64,000 nucleotides of DNA from Octopus sinensis (Eukaryota): positions 125,612,001 to 125,676,000 of the forward strand of contig NC_042997.1 of the NCBI RefSeq assembly GCF_006345805.1, written 5' to 3'. Of this stretch, positions 62,869 to 64,000 are shown in pieces. Every line of letters starts with the position of its first letter. Position 1 is the stretch's first letter. Made by a program: the position numbers and the translations under genes. The notes under the pieces are model-generated. The model had not been told where the DNA came from and did no database searches. It saw nothing but the letters and a program-made list of their open reading frames with translations.

Positions 62869-62915
<47 letters not shown>
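62458..62915 (+). repeat. Two identical 102-bp units (62573-62674, 62751-62852) plus a decayed third (62458-62503), spaced by (TAA)n
   Basis: AACCATTAGAGCATCAC...AAAACTACTGAAT repeated exactly; probably a Dong-like 3' UTR (recall and inference). Confidence 0.85.
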
Positions 62916-62916
62916 G

Positions 62917-63035
62917 AGATAGAGAACAGGAAGCCAGATATAGTTTCAATTGGGAAAGAAAACAAACTATGCTGGATCATGCCCAGCTGACAACAAGGTA
63001 TGCGATAAAGAAGAAAAGTCGATAGATATGACAGG
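62917..63035 (+). mobile_element. R4/Dong-type RLE fragment starting inside (TAA)n
   Basis: IENRKPDIVSIGKENKLCWI...PADNKVCDKEEK. Confidence 0.7.
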
Positions 63036-63049
63036 TTGGCTTGGGAAGT

Positions 63050-63500
63050 TAAGCAGTTGTGGTCTTAAACAATGTTTCAAATTTTCTTCGACTACATCCA
63101 TCTCTTCAGCTTCTTTGAGTATTATTAGCCTTGTAGGAAATTTTCTTGCCATCGTTTTATCACAGCATTCTAGAGCCCTACTTTCAAATTTTATTTTAAT
63201 CTTTACATAATTTCTACTGATAGTTCTTCTTTTCCTCCTTAACAATCTGTTGTTTCTGTTTCATATTTAACTTCCTTATCAAGACAAGACCATTTTTCCC
63301 TTCTTTTTGTATTTTGTAACTATTTATATTAGTTACCTATTATTCCTTACTAGATATTTTTGTAGTCCTACCAAGATATCTTCTAGTAATTTTCCAGTTG
63401 CATAAGACCCCCTATTTCCTCATATTCGTAGTAACTACAATGTGTCTGTATCAGATTGTAAGTGTCATATTCTAAATGTAGTCATTATTTTTCCTGTTTT
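63050..63500 (-). pseudogene. Probable RTE-like LINE endonuclease-RT linker remnant
   Basis: Lys/Arg-rich broken frame ending ...KEAEEMDVVEENLKHCLRPQLLNFPS; generic resemblance only. Confidence 0.35.
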
Positions 63501-64000
63501 CCTCTGCTAATTCGTTTAGCGTCGAACAGAGTATAATATTACTATAACTTATTTCTGTAATAAGTTATAGATAGAATATTGATGTCTTTTATTTATTTAT
63601 TTACTTTTGTATTTAGCTCTGTTTTAAGCATTAACCTAATGCGTCTGTAATATTTCTGTAATAATCGCTTCTTTCATTTATGCATTGCACACTGCCTGCT
63701 AAATATTTGTATAGCTGTATTTGTTGTAATTCTCCTATCACAATTTGTATATCTATTATCATTATTAATCTGCATTCTCACAGCAGTAATAATGTTAATG
63801 ATTCTGACGGTTTTGTTCATTGAACATCGAGCCACTGCCTACCTTCAGATAATATGTAATACATTTCCTAAGTTTCTAGCTGTAATGAACTTACCTGTAA
63901 TCTGTAATGAAGTTACCTGCAATCTGTAATATTACTGAGTTTATTTTTATGCTGATTATAGAACAACTATTTCGTGATATTTTCAGACACTGTACCTAAT

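Overview
64 kb of AT-rich animal genomic DNA, very dense in microsatellites and transposable elements, with one 100-N assembly gap (18723-18822). I found no host protein-coding exon, tRNA, rRNA or CRISPR array, so the window looks intergenic or deeply intronic. The repeat content resembles what I recall of octopus (coleoid cephalopod) genomes; this is inference, not a database result. Main contents: (1) about 20 copies or fragments of one tRNA-headed SINE (my label A) with an internal (TA)n(TG)n tract, plus SINE-like families I label D/E, F and G; (2) remnants of non-LTR retrotransposons (R4/Dong-type and CRE-type with restriction-like endonuclease, Tx1/L1-type, and probably RTE and CR1/Jockey types); (3) Tc1, maT, mariner and hAT remnants and several MITEs; (4) Penelope-like remnants carrying minimal hammerhead ribozyme (HHR) motifs. 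Best leads: a near-perfect ~345-bp palindrome with an intact type-I HHR on each strand (10.66-11.0 kb); a dispersed family whose HHR core shares an A6-to-U variant; an RLE retrotransposon tied to (TACA)n microsatellites; and a SINE family with exchangeable 3' tails, one matching a Tx1-type LINE in this window. Coordinates and alignments were done by eye and may be off by a few bases. Family letters are my own labels. Nearly all ORFs in the supplied track are microsatellite or TE artefacts.
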